This document shows, piece by piece, positions 13,480 to 27,589 of a stretch of 64,000 nt of DNA (within the stretch, counting starts at the first letter, position 1; each line of letters starts with the position of its first letter). This DNA comes from Podarcis erhardii. Taxonomy: Eukaryota. The stretch lies in the NCBI GenBank assembly GCA_964252035.1, contig OZ176205.1. One strand, 5' to 3'. The notes under the pieces were generated by a model. The model had not been told where the DNA came from. It ran no database searches and saw only the letters and a program-made list of their open reading frames with translations. The translations under genes were made by a program, and so were the position numbers.

Positions 13480-13898
13480 GTACGTGGGGCGAAGGGTGTG
13501 GGGGGGGTGTCAGCGGGTGAGGTGTCGGATAAGGCTGTAGGGGTGCCGTTAGGAAAGGGGCGGAAGAGAAAGAGAAAGAGCGACGCCCCAGCAGGCAGCC
13601 TGAGGGGGGGCCTTTGCGACCCCGACACGTGTCTCCCCATCCTCACGTTCCTTCCTTGAGCCTCTTTCACGCTGCCTCTGTGAGGAGCCAGGTTTGAACC
13701 CCTCGCCTCGGTGGCGTCCGGCGTGGGATGAGGGGTGAGGCCCGTGAGAAGAAAGGGGCTCCTCACAGCCGTCCCTTCCCTCCACGCCGTCGTGTGAATG
13801 GGCGCACAGACCTCTCTTTCTCTTTCACTCCCCCCCCCCAGCCATGAGGTCCAACGGGGAAAGATGACCCTGCGGCCAACTGGGGGAGGGGGGCGTCT

Positions 13899-13899
<1 letters not shown>

Positions 13900-13929
<30 letters not shown>
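13900..13929 (+). repeat. (TGC)10 microsatellite in SARS1 intron 1
   Basis: Ten perfect TGC units. Confidence 0.95.
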
Positions 13930-15246
13930 ATTATTTCTAGGCCCCGGTCGAAGGGCAGGTTTGGAGTGGCTCTTTTGAGCCATCGGGGGAAGTCATCCCT
14001 TCAGAGGGCTTCAGGGCGCTCCCATCTGGACAACCCCCCCCCCAAAAGTGTAGGGTGTTGTTGTTTTAATTGTATTTCCCAATTAGGTTTTTCCTCTTCT
14101 CTTCGCCGTCCTCTCTGGTGTTTCACAGCTGCATTGCCCTTTAAATGGACGGGCTTGCGATTTGGCAGGATGCTGTTCAGGCATTGGTGCTGCCTAGTCT
14201 GATGCAATCCTGCTGTAACCAGCATCATAGAAAGTGACTCTGGCACGCTAGAGCTCATATCAGCCGCAGCACTGCTTCATTTTCTGTGTGCCTGTTTCCT
14301 TGCCAGCGATTTTGATAACTTGTGTTAAATGCTTTTTACATTGTGCTTTACATTGTGACAAAGCATTGGTAATATTGCCTGAGGTGAGAGATGTGTTTTA
14401 TTACCTCTAACCAGAAAATGAGGGGGGAAATGGAATGGGCCTGTCACGTCAGGTGCCTGAGACCACTGCTACTCATTTAGAGTCAGATGGAGGTTCACTA
14501 TATGATCCTATGCCCCAAATCATCTCTCCTAGACTTCATTTTCAATATCTCCAGTATGCGAGTGGTGAAGAGTCTATGAAATGATATAGAATCCAAATTG
14601 TAATGCAATAAAATACAAGATATAGTAAGCAAAAGAAGCCATCAAAATAGAATTAAAAGTTATACAGCATCTAGCAGAGTGTGTTTTAGTTGCTGTAATG
14701 AGCAGAAAAATCATTAAGTGATTTGCTAAGACCTTTAGCAGTTTTCAAATAAAGCATTGCCATTAAGTACAGCATTGCCTGCTGTCTGTATATGGAAATT
14801 CTGGAAGTAGGATGAGTAATACATTGAAATATATATATCCAGCAACAATAACAACTAAAATAAAAATGAGATATTCAGTTTAAGCTAATCTTCATTTTAC
14901 TGTACCATGCAAAAATCATAATGAGTGTTCAGAATCAGAAGCTGCTTCCTTTGGTAGTGGGAGTGTTCTGTATTTGCAGGCCTCTGAATTGCATCTTGCT
15001 GAGATTAAATGAGAAAAAGTATATGCCATCACTTCCCATAATACTTTACAAACTACTATCCTTTCTCAGAGGTTGCCTGGGTATTGTAACTTTTGCGCAG
15101 TATCATGCATAACAGAAGATAAAATCTTCAGTTTAACAGGATGAACGTATTTTAATCTGTGCTACACCCATAGTAGCAGCAATAGCAGCAGCCAGATAGT
15201 TCAATAGACTTATGATTTTGTGTAGAAACTTATCCTTTAAATGTAG

Positions 15247-15402
<156 letters not shown>

Positions 15403-15590
15403 TGATGTATGCCATTTTGTTTTGTGATTAACTGTGCTAGAAAACATGTAGAGTTCAATCAGTGGCATGAAAAACGCCATTAGGGAAATAAAAGGATTGA
15501 CAGATTGGGAGCTGTCCAGAAGAAAAGTGATATGTCTGAGAGGATGATGATGAGGCAGCATGCTCAACTATACTATTAATTTTAATATTA

Positions 15591-15941
15591 AAGGTAAAGG
15601 GACCCCTGACCATTAGGTCCAGTCATGACCGACTCTGGGGTTGCGGCGCTCATCTCGCTTTATCGGCCGAGGGAGCCAGCGTACAGCTTCCAGGTCATGT
15701 GGCCAGCATGACTTAAACCGCTTCTGGCGAACCAGAGCAGCGCACAGAAATGCCGTTTACCTTCCTGCCGGAGCGGTACCTATTTATCAACTTGCACTTT
15801 GATGTGCTTTCGAACTGCTAGGTTGGCAGGAGCAGGGACCAAGCAACAGGAGCTCACCCCGTCGCGGGGATTCGAACTGCTGACCTTCTGATCAGCAAGT
15901 CCTAGGCTCTGTGGTTTAACCCGTAGTGCCACCCACGTCCC
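15591..15941 (-). mobile_element. Full-length Sauria SINE (Squam1/POM type)
   Basis: tRNA-like head at the right end, (ACCTTT)n tail at the left, perfect 12-bp TSD ATTTTAATATTA (15579-15590 and 15942-15953). Confidence 0.9.
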
Positions 15942-17137
15942 ATTTTAATATTACGGAACACTAAAGCACAAAGAAGTTGTCAAGCTGAATTGAGCCCACT
16001 ATCGTCTTAGGATCACAGTCTGATTCTCTCCCACCAAGCAATGAGATAGAATCGCTTAGAACTGGGTGAGGGGAAAGCGAGTTTTATTTATTGACTGGCC
16101 TTTCAAACACAGAATCTGAGGGGAGTGTGCAAAATATATAAAAAAACAATAAAATGACAAACCTATGGGCCCTCAGTAGCAGTTGTAAAATACAGATACT
16201 AAGACTTTAATCCTTGCAGCTAAATCCCTGAGAAGAGAATTGCATTTTAAGTAAAGAGTGGGATAACATTGCCTCTAATGAGAGGGAGTTCCACAAATGG
16301 GCATGTAATGATAGTGAGGGCCCACACGTGTTGGCAGGATCAGGAGACAAGCCTTCTTTTACTTATGAAGTGGATTTAGTATCTCCAAATTATTAATTTA
16401 ACACTTCTGAAAGAGTGCTTTTCCAGTTTTATTTCCAATTGATACTGTGTTGAAAAAATAAAGGGTGATACCAGATTTGTTTGTTTACTGCAGGGGTGGC
16501 TACCCTCTTCTGCCCAAAGGCTGCATTACCTTTTGACCATGCCTGCAAGGTCAGCATGGCCACAGTAAAAGTGGGTGTGGCTAAAATGGACATGTAAACC
16601 ACCATCCTTGCACAGGCATGCAGGACACACATACGCCACACACAGAGACCAATAACATCCATTGGAACTCTATTTCCTCCCCCACCCCCATCCTTTCTCC
16701 AGTTTTACTCAAGCTTTCAGGGCTTTAGAATGAAAATGATGGTATTAGAGGCTGCCTCTACACAAAGTTCTTTGCACTGCCATGAAGAGCAGATTGTAAT
16801 ATTCCACCTGTTTCAGAGCACTCTGATGGTGGCAAAAATGGAATTGTGTATATGAAGGAGGGCTTCCTTGCACAGCGCCCTTAGTTTAGTCATGACCAAG
16901 TGGAACTTTGAAGGGGTCATTCTCTTCTCCTCACCCACATTAGAGCACTCCAAGAATTGCTGAGAGAGAACATGCCAATGATATGTATGATGGATATTTA
17001 ATAATCTTTACGAGGAAATGGAAACCAGTGATCTAGGCAGGTTGTCCTTCAAGCTGAATTTGTAGAATATTTTTGTTCTATTGCTTTTTATTTGCCGATT
17101 GATTGCTTTTTTTGTTTTTGTATTTTTACATATATAG

Positions 17138-17218
17138 AAAAAAGAGCCAGTAGGAAATGATGACCACATACCAGAAAATGCACAAAATCTCGATGAACTT
17201 ACAGCAGACATCTTAGCA
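17138..17218 (+). CDS. SARS1: SARS1 exon 3
   Basis: tatag|...|gtaagt; KKEPVGNDDHIPENAQNLDELTADILA. Confidence 0.95.
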
Positions 17219-20206
17219 GTAAGTTATTTTCAACTAGTTTCTTACTTGACCATTCACTAGTTTACAGTGTATTGTATTTGTGAAATATACTCTGGTGTTT
17301 GCTTTTCCCCTCACACATTTCACTTGTGCAGCTTCAGATTGGGTGAGGAGCATGTGTGAACGAGAAAACATGTTAATTGCATTCTGATTCTTTTGTTCCC
17401 TTGCGCTATATTAATTGTTCAGTTACCCACTGGTCTCTAATGTTGGAGCTGTGGTAATTCTCTCCCTATGCAGGCTAGCTAGTGGTTTTTAAATTGTGTT
17501 TTTTCACCTCTCTTATACCCTGAGCTGAAATACAATTTTGTGAGGAGGGGTGGATCTGTAATTTGCCCCTCACTCTGCTAGTTCATCCTTTTCTCATGGG
17601 CAAGAGAACTGTGAGGCTTGCCTGTTGTCCACTGCTCAGTCAAGAGGCTATGGATGTTGAGGTTTAGGAAGCTCCTCATCTCCCCTTCCTGTGGCATGGC
17701 TGGTTCAGCTCTGTGTGGACCATTTGGCTTGGCAGCATTGGAGCCAAACTATTCCCAGCATTCCTCCAAGTCTTGGAGCTAAGGAAGGGGTGGATTTGCT
17801 GCATAACTGCTGGGAGGTCCCCTACATGTCAACCTGCTAATAAAACTTGGGTCACTATACTTGCCAACAGTGATGGCTAATTTACCCTAGCATAGTGAGT
17901 GAAAATGTAGGAGCCTATGTTAGAGTAAGGACCAAACTAGATAAGATGTCAGGAGATCTGCAGTCGGGTCTCCTGATGCATTTTTTTGATCAAAGGAGTC
18001 TGTGGAAGGAATTTGATTGTGGAAACAATGCTAAAGGAAATTGTTTAACCATTTCCCTCTGCACCATTTCCTAACTAAATTCTTGCTCTCCTCCCCAAAG
18101 CTCCTGTTTGCCCCAGGATGGAAAGTATATAGGTTCCCTGTATGAGTGTATGCACATACACCAGGAGCTTTGAATCTGTAGGAAAAAAGATTTTGGTTTT
18201 ATTAATTGGCCTAGAAAAGTTTGTATTAATAGCTATATTGATGAATAACAAATTGTTTATTCAGGGGCAGTTGTAGTTTAAAGAGAAGTATTGTGTCTTC
18301 CTTATGTTGTTTAGGATTTGGCCCATTAAGGTTTTATTATGTATCAGAATGTTTGTATAGAAGATAATTATGTTGTAATAAATAAGTTTATAGTAAAAAA
18401 AAATGAGGATTTTTGGAACATATTTATTCCTTAACTTTGTTTCTGACTGATTGAGGACTGAATCCGTTGTGTATACTATACTTCTGCTTCCATATATAGC
18501 CAGACACATTTTGTTGAACTATTAACCTGTATTCAGTACAGTTGTTATGCTGGTGGTCCAGAGAAACCTAAAAATGTTTTTTTGGGTGCCTCAAATTAAT
18601 TCTAAAATTACATTGGGATGATTTTGGATTATATTCGACTCTCATGTGAAAAGCACTTAAAGTGTGAGCACTGAGCTAAAAACAATAAGTCCTCTTATGC
18701 TACTGAAACAAATTATAGTGGGGTGATTTGGGGCCACCACTATCTCACAGTATAACCTACTTCATAGGGTTGTTTTGAATATAAAATGGTGAAGGAGAAA
18801 CATGTACACCACCTGGAGGTCCTCAGAGAAAAGCTAGATATAAGTGTAACAATTTTTTTTTTAACGGGTGTGTGTTTACTATCAAGCAGTAGATTTCATA
18901 CTTGCTATTGTCCCAGCAGCAGCTGCTTCTCTGGGTGTAGAATAAGCCAATGCAGAGATTCAGTAGGAAGCACAGCTTGTACTGTCTGTGCAGCTGTAGT
19001 AAAAAAAGAATAAGAAGCTAAGCCTCCTGCCTTGCACATTCGTTTGTCCAGGCACCAGCTGCTGGGCATACATCTTCTGCCATTTCGATAACTCCAAAAG
19101 TCACAGAATTTCTCCCTCACACTGCAGCCTTGCAGCTGCTACTACAGATACTATAAAAGCTGTATATCCGAGAGCAGTTAATTTACCATCTATTGTATGT
19201 TCAGCTCTACTATACTGTGATAGCAGACCTCTGCCCTAAAACTTGCTTCCTCATTTTATTCCTTTCAGCAACAAGCCAAAGTATTTTATACCTCTGGTTT
19301 TTTTATAGGGTCGTTGTTTTGGATTGTTGTTTTTCTGCTGGTATTTGTTGGTTACGTTATTTTAATTATTGCTTTATTTTGCGTTTCACTAGTAAGCCAC
19401 CCTGACAATAGGAATAAAATGTGTTGGTAGAGGATTTTAATATGCTTCTTGTTGCATTACTCATTTTGCCATAAAAGCAGAAAAATGGTGAAGAAGATAG
19501 GTAGGGGGCTTCGTATGCCAATTGGCACCTTTTGATAGCAAGCACACTCTGAAGTGAGAAAGATGCTATATATACTAATAGCAAACATGCTTTCTGAGTG
19601 TAGGTAGTTATACAGCCAAAACAGCATTGTCCATGCACAAGAAAGAAGCATCAGCAGGCTTTGGAAAACACCAAGGTTTCCAGGTGTCTCAAAAAGTGAG
19701 GGCAGGGCAGGACGGGATGTATGGGAAGGAACCCCAGAGCATCCCAGTGAGGACCAAGCTTGTTCAGTGGGCACAAAATGCTGACAGTTAGCAGGGTGAT
19801 GGTGGAATGGAGTATCTTGGAAAAAGACATGGCTGGCTTGCTGTGGTCCTGAACAGAAGCCCTCCACCATATGGTATTTTATTGCAGAGCCCAATCTTCT
19901 GTTATGATAATAAAAACTGAGCAGTAGCACAAAGCATTCTTGCATGGGATACTGTGCTGACATGAGTTTTGGATCAGAAACTTCATCAACCAACCATTGT
20001 GGGCTTGTCCTTTGGCCCCCAATTTGTGCCACTCTAAGACTTATATGTCTGTAATACATAATGCAAAGCTAGTCCTTAATGAGGCTTTCCATGTGTGAGC
20101 CAAAGATCTTATCTGAGCTTCTGCTGGTAGTAAACCAGGTATTGCCTTTTACCCTGAGTTCGATAGAACCAACATTGGTTCTTGGTGATGCTAGACCACC
20201 GGCTGA

Positions 20207-20515
<309 letters not shown>

Positions 20516-21568
20516 TGAAAGACAGTGTGTGGTTTGGTGGTTATAGCCTTGTGCTTCACTATTAAACTGTCCTGCTGGTAGGGTGGGGAGATGGCAAGCT
20601 GAAGGTATAAAGTCCTGAGGGTGTGAGGCAGTACATCCTAGGTGAGGAGGTTGAGAAGTTTATGCAATTTGTATTCTAAAATAGTGTTCCCCATAGAAAA
20701 GAAAGTCACAAATGGAAAAAAAAATCCCAAATAAGCACAAACCCCTGATCTTGTTTAGGAAATGTATGGGAAACAGACTTAAGCTGGAATTCAACATCAT
20801 GGTATTACAAATGTCGCATCTGTGCAAGCATATCAACCTGCCAGGTGGAACAGTTTCCCCTCCCCCGTGTGCTATTCTGGTGGTTCTCCTGACACCCATC
20901 CACCCCCTGAGACAATTTGGGGGGGGGGGTGCAGGTCTCATGCAACAGGAAGGCCCGTTGTGCAAGTGAAAGTTCCTGCATTGGGCTTCCACTGACAGGG
21001 CCCCTTAAGTGAATCCTACCCATGATGTGTGGCTTGGAACCAACCATTTGTCCAACAAGACAATTTTTTGTTTAATAATACTATTAAGTGAGTCTGATAT
21101 AATACTGGGCTGGTTGGATTTTGCATTGGAATAATTGCCTAAGAGTGTTGCTATGGAGACGTCATACTCATTCCAATTGTTGGCAAGTAGTAATTTTGAA
21201 AGCACTTAAGAGAGTTGCTGGGTGCTTCTGTGACAGCCCTGCAGGTGACTAAAAGACCATCAGATCTATTCCTTGCTTTCTCTGCATCTCAGCCCCTTCT
21301 CCAGGGCAGAGCAAACCCACACACCACCTTCTCTTCAATCAGCCTATAGGATGCAGATGGCAGCATGTCACAAGTAGAGAGCAAATGCAGTGCAGGAAGC
21401 TTCTGGCAATTGTAAGTGCTACTGTGCAAGCAAATACCAGCCAGGATTGTGCATGTGAACACATACAATTAAATCATGGATGAGATAATTGGCTTGGATT
21501 GATATTGTTTCTATTGGGATGTTCAAAGGCCTAGAACAAAACTTTCTCCCTTTTTATCACATGGGTAG

Positions 21569-21721
<153 letters not shown>

Positions 21722-21964
21722 TAACTTCTTAATCATTGCTATTTATAGGACTGGGAGAATTGGGATCCCAGAAGAAAACTTATTTATTTTGAAAATTGTA
21801 CCTTGCTTTTCAAAGCCAAAACACCACCTTCACAAAGTGGTTTGTTTAATATCTAAGCTGTTGAAGACTGTCAGAATACAACGTTCCTGCCAGTGCCGTT
21901 TCAAAATGTGGGTTCTCAGGAGCAGAATATTGACTTACCTACTTTCTTCTTTGTTGTTCTATAG

Positions 21965-22120
21965 GGTGCCCTGGTTTTTCTAGAGCAAGCTCTTATCCAG
22001 TATGCCCTGCAGACACTGCTTAGCAAAGGGTACACCCCTGTTTATACCCCTTTCTTCATGAGAAAAGAGGTGATGCAGGAAGTGGCCCAGCTAAGCCAGT
22101 TTGATGAAGAGCTCTACAAG
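21965..22120 (+). CDS. SARS1: SARS1 exon 6
   Basis: ctatag|...|gtaagg; [52 protein letters not shown]. Confidence 0.97.
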
Positions 22121-22595
22121 GTAAGGTGGGAAGGGTAAAATTACTCTTTTAGTAGCAAACTATATAAGCTTCTAGAAAAGTTTTGTGTTGCTTCCCTTAA
22201 TGTGTAATCACATTGTCCCTGGAGCCATGTGGAATTTTTCAAATACTGCTGGTAAACTTTCAGTCAGATAATTGACTGTATTTCAATATTTGTCCTTCAT
22301 TTCAAATTGTTGCACACTTCTTTAGGAAGCATTTCTACCATCAGCCACAGTCAGTGCTAATAATTTATGATAATGAAAAGGAATGTTGGGTTGATAGGTT
22401 AAAGGTTTTGTTAACATTGTTTCTAATCATCACAGGCATTGTGCCATGTCTTCCCCATTTTCTGATCCACAACTACTTAACTGTTTGTCATTGGGGGTCA
22501 GACAACAACTTAAAAAAGCAATCATAGAAGAAATTATATGATTCAGTAAACCAGTAATTTAGCTTACAAGGGCTTTCATTGGAATGGTCCACTGA

Positions 22596-23108
<513 letters not shown>

Positions 23109-23518
23109 TAGTGTGTGTTTTTCAGCGATGTGCCGTTGAAGAAGTTTGCATTGTTGAAATGTATTGGGCAATTGAAATGAAATTGGTGTTCCTCTGTAAC
23201 AGTTTATGGTAACTGAAAGTGTTGTTTATATTCAGTAGGAGGCCGATAGCTATTTTTCTCTGTCTCAGTAGTACTTAGAAGCTGGTCTATGTTTGGTAAC
23301 TGAAAGTTGTGTTTGGTTGCATTAGGCTGTTGAGTTACATTCATCTCCATTTTATGATTGTGTTCAGTTTTATTTCATTGTTTTTTTCTTGGTAAGGATA
23401 TCTTTAGTAAAATTTGCAGGGTTTCCCTCTCCCCCCCCCCCCCCGACTTTTCATGCTGTCAAAAGCTTGGGAATCCAGCATTGTTCCCAAAGGAACTGAT
23501 TTTAGGGGTTGATGTTAA

Positions 23519-23824
<306 letters not shown>

Positions 23825-24135
23825 TAGTTTCTCAAAGTTAAATCTTTCAGTGTGGCCTACACCCTAGAAAGTGTGCACACAATTGCACTTGACAGCCAGT
23901 AATCTCTGGTCGTTTGTATCAGGATTTATTTGCTCTAACTGTAAGACCTGTAGTATCTCCGCATGCAGCCATGCACTTATGTTTATTGTCCAGACTAACA
24001 CACATTCTAATTGAGGAAAATGACCATAGATCTCCTTGTTACTCTTGGTTTCATTCTGTATCTCCAAAACTATGAGAGGGGTGAGAAAGGCACATCTTTC
24101 TGTTCCCATTATTAGAACACTGAATCAGTACCTAA

Positions 24136-24390
<255 letters not shown>

Positions 24391-25320
24391 TAATTATTTG
24401 GGTTCTTAAGAAGGAGCTGCTATTTACCCACTGTAGCCTTCAGGAAAACATCTGCCTTTTTGCTTTAGTCTGATATGTTTTTTCTATTCACCATCTGAGT
24501 TGATTGTCCCAATAGGTTGCAACTTTCAGTCCTTGCTAGGGAGACAAGTTGGCAGTGATGTTGATTCTGGAGATCTAACGAAAATTGGAAAGGCCCTGTT
24601 AATTTCCATAATTTCCCATAAAGATACAGATTTTCTGCCTGTCATTTTGTCTCACTACTTCTTCTGTGATGCTGCCATAGAAGTGACCAGTTTGAGAATG
24701 ATCCACTTGCCAGTTGAGAATTACTGACTGCTACCAAGGAGCCCTAGGATTGCTTTCTTGAAAAAAGTAAAAAATGTAATCCCTTAAATTTATGAAAAGT
24801 GTAGAAATGGAAACCTGAAGAATGAATAATCACTGGGCTTTCCTTTTCTTTTTTATTTTCTTTTTTTAATTTGAAAGACAGAGGTTGTATCCAGTGAAGT
24901 CAAACAACCCCTAATAGTTACTTGGTGTTCAGATATTGGACATTAGTGAACAAACCAACATTCGTACAAACACATTTAAAGGCAAAGCTCAGTTATTTTC
25001 ATTCTGACAGTTATCACAAAAGGAGGATGTTATCTACTTGAACTAACAGTGCAATCTACCTTGCTACTTCTAAAATGTTTAGATAAGGAAGTCTGTTGGT
25101 TAAGCTAGAAAATGTTAGTTGTAGTGTTCCTAAATTGGAACAACTCTTTATTAGACTGAAGGCTCTGCCTTTTCAGATGACTGAGTAACAGAATGACAGA
25201 TTAGGTTTATTGGAATGGTTATTTTGGAGATGGTATTTATCCTCTTCAAAAATGTGTTTTCTTGCTGCTCCTTTTACTTGCTGGAGAATACTAAGAACAT
25301 GAAATGTTCTGCCCTCAAAG

Positions 25321-25450
25321 GTGGAGTTTGTGCATATGCTCAATGCCACGATGTGTGCTACAACACGTGCTATATGTGCCATCCTTGAGAATTACCAGAC
25401 AGAGGAAGGAATCATTGTACCAGAGAAATTAAGGGACTTCATGCCGCCAG
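25321..25450 (+). CDS. SARS1: SARS1 exon 10 (motif 3)
   Basis: tcaaag|...|gtaata; [43 protein letters not shown](G). Confidence 0.96.
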
Positions 25451-25962
25451 GTAATAAAAGGAAAATGCTTGTTGCCCTCCCCCTCCCCATAGCCATCCAT
25501 AATTGTGTATTTTATACCGTCTAATCGTCCTTGTTGTCTGAGCCTAACAATTCTTCTCAACTCATAAAACAATTGTGACAATTTCCTCCTGTCTAGAGTA
25601 AAGGGTTATATCGCGTATGACTTGCATTGTTTCTTCTCTTGACACTAAACAAAGAGAATTCATTACAGTTGCTATTTTTACTGACCCATAACATTTCAAA
25701 AGGAGCAATATGTAAGAGGATGCAGGTGGGTCTCTCTGGTCCTTGGCTGGAAAAGGTTGGGTAAGCTCAGATGTGCTGTCCCTAACACTGCCTACTTTAC
25801 TTTGTTCAAGGACATGGAGTAAATTAATCAAGGTGACTTGGTGTGTAAGATTGGTGTGATGTGTAGGAACAGAAGGAGGATTCTTGTTGATACTTCCTTT
25901 GTAGAAGTTTGGCCCTGGTGTGTTCACTCTGTTATCTTGCTCTGCCTTCTTCCTCCTTTTAG

Positions 25963-26120
25963 GCCTGAAAGAAATGATAAAATTTGTAAAACCTGCTCCT
26001 ATTGATCAGGAACTTTCCAAGAAGCAGAAGAAACAGCATGAGGGAAGCAAAAAGAAATCGGCTGGTGGGGACTGTGCACTGGAAGGAAAGATGCAGAACA
26101 TGGATGTGAACAGTCCCTAA
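25963..26120 (+). CDS. SARS1: SARS1 exon 11, including the vertebrate UNE-S tail with basic NLS
   Basis: ttttag| [54 protein letters not shown]; the eleven exons sum to 1545 nt in frame. Confidence 0.96.
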
Positions 26121-26618
26121 AAGGGATCTATGTGTTACTTTTTCTGAGATTGCACAGTTTAGTGCATAAAGCTGCAGGGGGTCCTGGATATGAATTCCTG
26201 CTTTGTCTCATCCCTCCTGTCACCATGGGCAAGTTACTTTTTTCCATCTCGGCTTCCACCCTCTGTAGCCTGGGAAGATGTTCCTTCCCATGCTGGCTCT
26301 GAGGATCCACTGGTGTTTGTTTTCACATTGAATGTGGAAAGCACTAGAGGTGCTGACCAGTTCCCCAGAAGTCTGTATGTCTTACATTATGTTAATTATC
26401 CATGGAAACAGTTTCTATTCAAACCCCTAGTTGCAAATCCAAGCAGAGGGAACAAACTGCTATATCATGTTTATTTGCTGAAAATCTCTGCTGAGCAGAA
26501 GCAACACTGGGATAAAGCAAAGATCAAAAGGGAAAATAAGTATAGGCATGTGGCATTTTACTGTAAAGACAGTCTTTGCTTAGTCATAGGATTTTACCTG
26601 ATATGGTGGCACTCGGTG

Positions 26619-26624
26619 AATAAA
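26619..26624 (+). terminator. Candidate SARS1 polyadenylation signal
   Basis: AATAAA about 500 nt after the stop codon, followed by a GU/U-rich tract from about 26641. Confidence 0.55.
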
Positions 26625-27589
26625 GCAAACATTGAAAAAATGATGCTTTTCTCAGTTGTATTTTATGACTTCTGTATTTCTTGGATTCCTTTAACAACAT
26701 TGCTTGTGTCTGCTCACATATGAAGCGGACTGTTTTACACAGATGTGTAAGTGGCCATAGTTTGCAGATATGAAATGCAGGTTAATAGAACCCAACTTTT
26801 TGTTTTGTGTTAGTACTGGCTTATTAGCTGTATGCCTTCAAATACATTTTTGCAGTACTTCCATGTCAGCATAATAACTTGGCCTGTATCTTCCATTTAC
26901 CTCAGTTATCCGTAATTTTCTGGATATTTAATTCATTCAAATTGTAATATTTAATACTATCTGTGGAATTTGCATAGCAAAAAGGAGTCCCATATCAGAT
27001 GAAAGATAGAAATTGAGAGGGCATGTCACCAAGCTTTTACCACCCTAGGATGCAGTTAATCTGGTCCTAAAGACTTGAACTCATCTAACATAGATGAGTA
27101 TTTCCTGGCCAGCTCCTTGTCAATCTGGAATTTCAATCCTACCCTCTTAACTGTTCAGGTTACCTATATGAGATTGCACAGGGTTCCTCTTTAGAGAGAA
27201 GACACAAGGTAAATAGGAGTTGAGCAATTAGTTGACCAAACACTAAGCAATTATCTGGAGAAGGTGGAATGTCCAGGCATCTTCCATTCATTTCAGAGGT
27301 GAAGAAACAGCATTTTACAAGCTTCAAACAGCAATTTCCTTGCTGGGAAAATTTCCTACCATCTTCAAACTTCCATTCCTTTTTGATGTGTCTTTGGGTT
27401 GTGTTGACCTATCCATATCTGACATCACTGGTGACAAACAAAACACTCCTTCCACTCCAGTGCACTTAAAAAAATCATCAAGGATTTTCTTTCCTTTAAT
27501 GTAGCCTTTTCAATAATTATCAGATCAACAGTAGGAGGGACCTTTTTGAGCTACCCAGGGGAAATTTGGTCCGTTAATCCAATTACATC

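Larger units (their letters stand above)
12960..13800. promoter_or_regulatory. SARS1 CpG island / promoter
   Basis: CpG-dense, GC-rich tract spanning the first exon, contrasting with CpG-depleted flanks. Confidence 0.85.

Noticed and set aside
13242-13931. 229-aa antisense poly-Gln ORF and other GC-rich ORFs around SARS1 exon 1
   Set aside because: Products of the CTG repeat and the low stop density of a CpG island.
19457-20059. 200-aa minus-strand ORF in SARS1 intron 3
   Set aside because: No recognisable motifs or codon bias; a rough estimate gives about 0.4 such ORFs by chance among the roughly 6000 stop-to-stop intervals of six frames in 64 kb.
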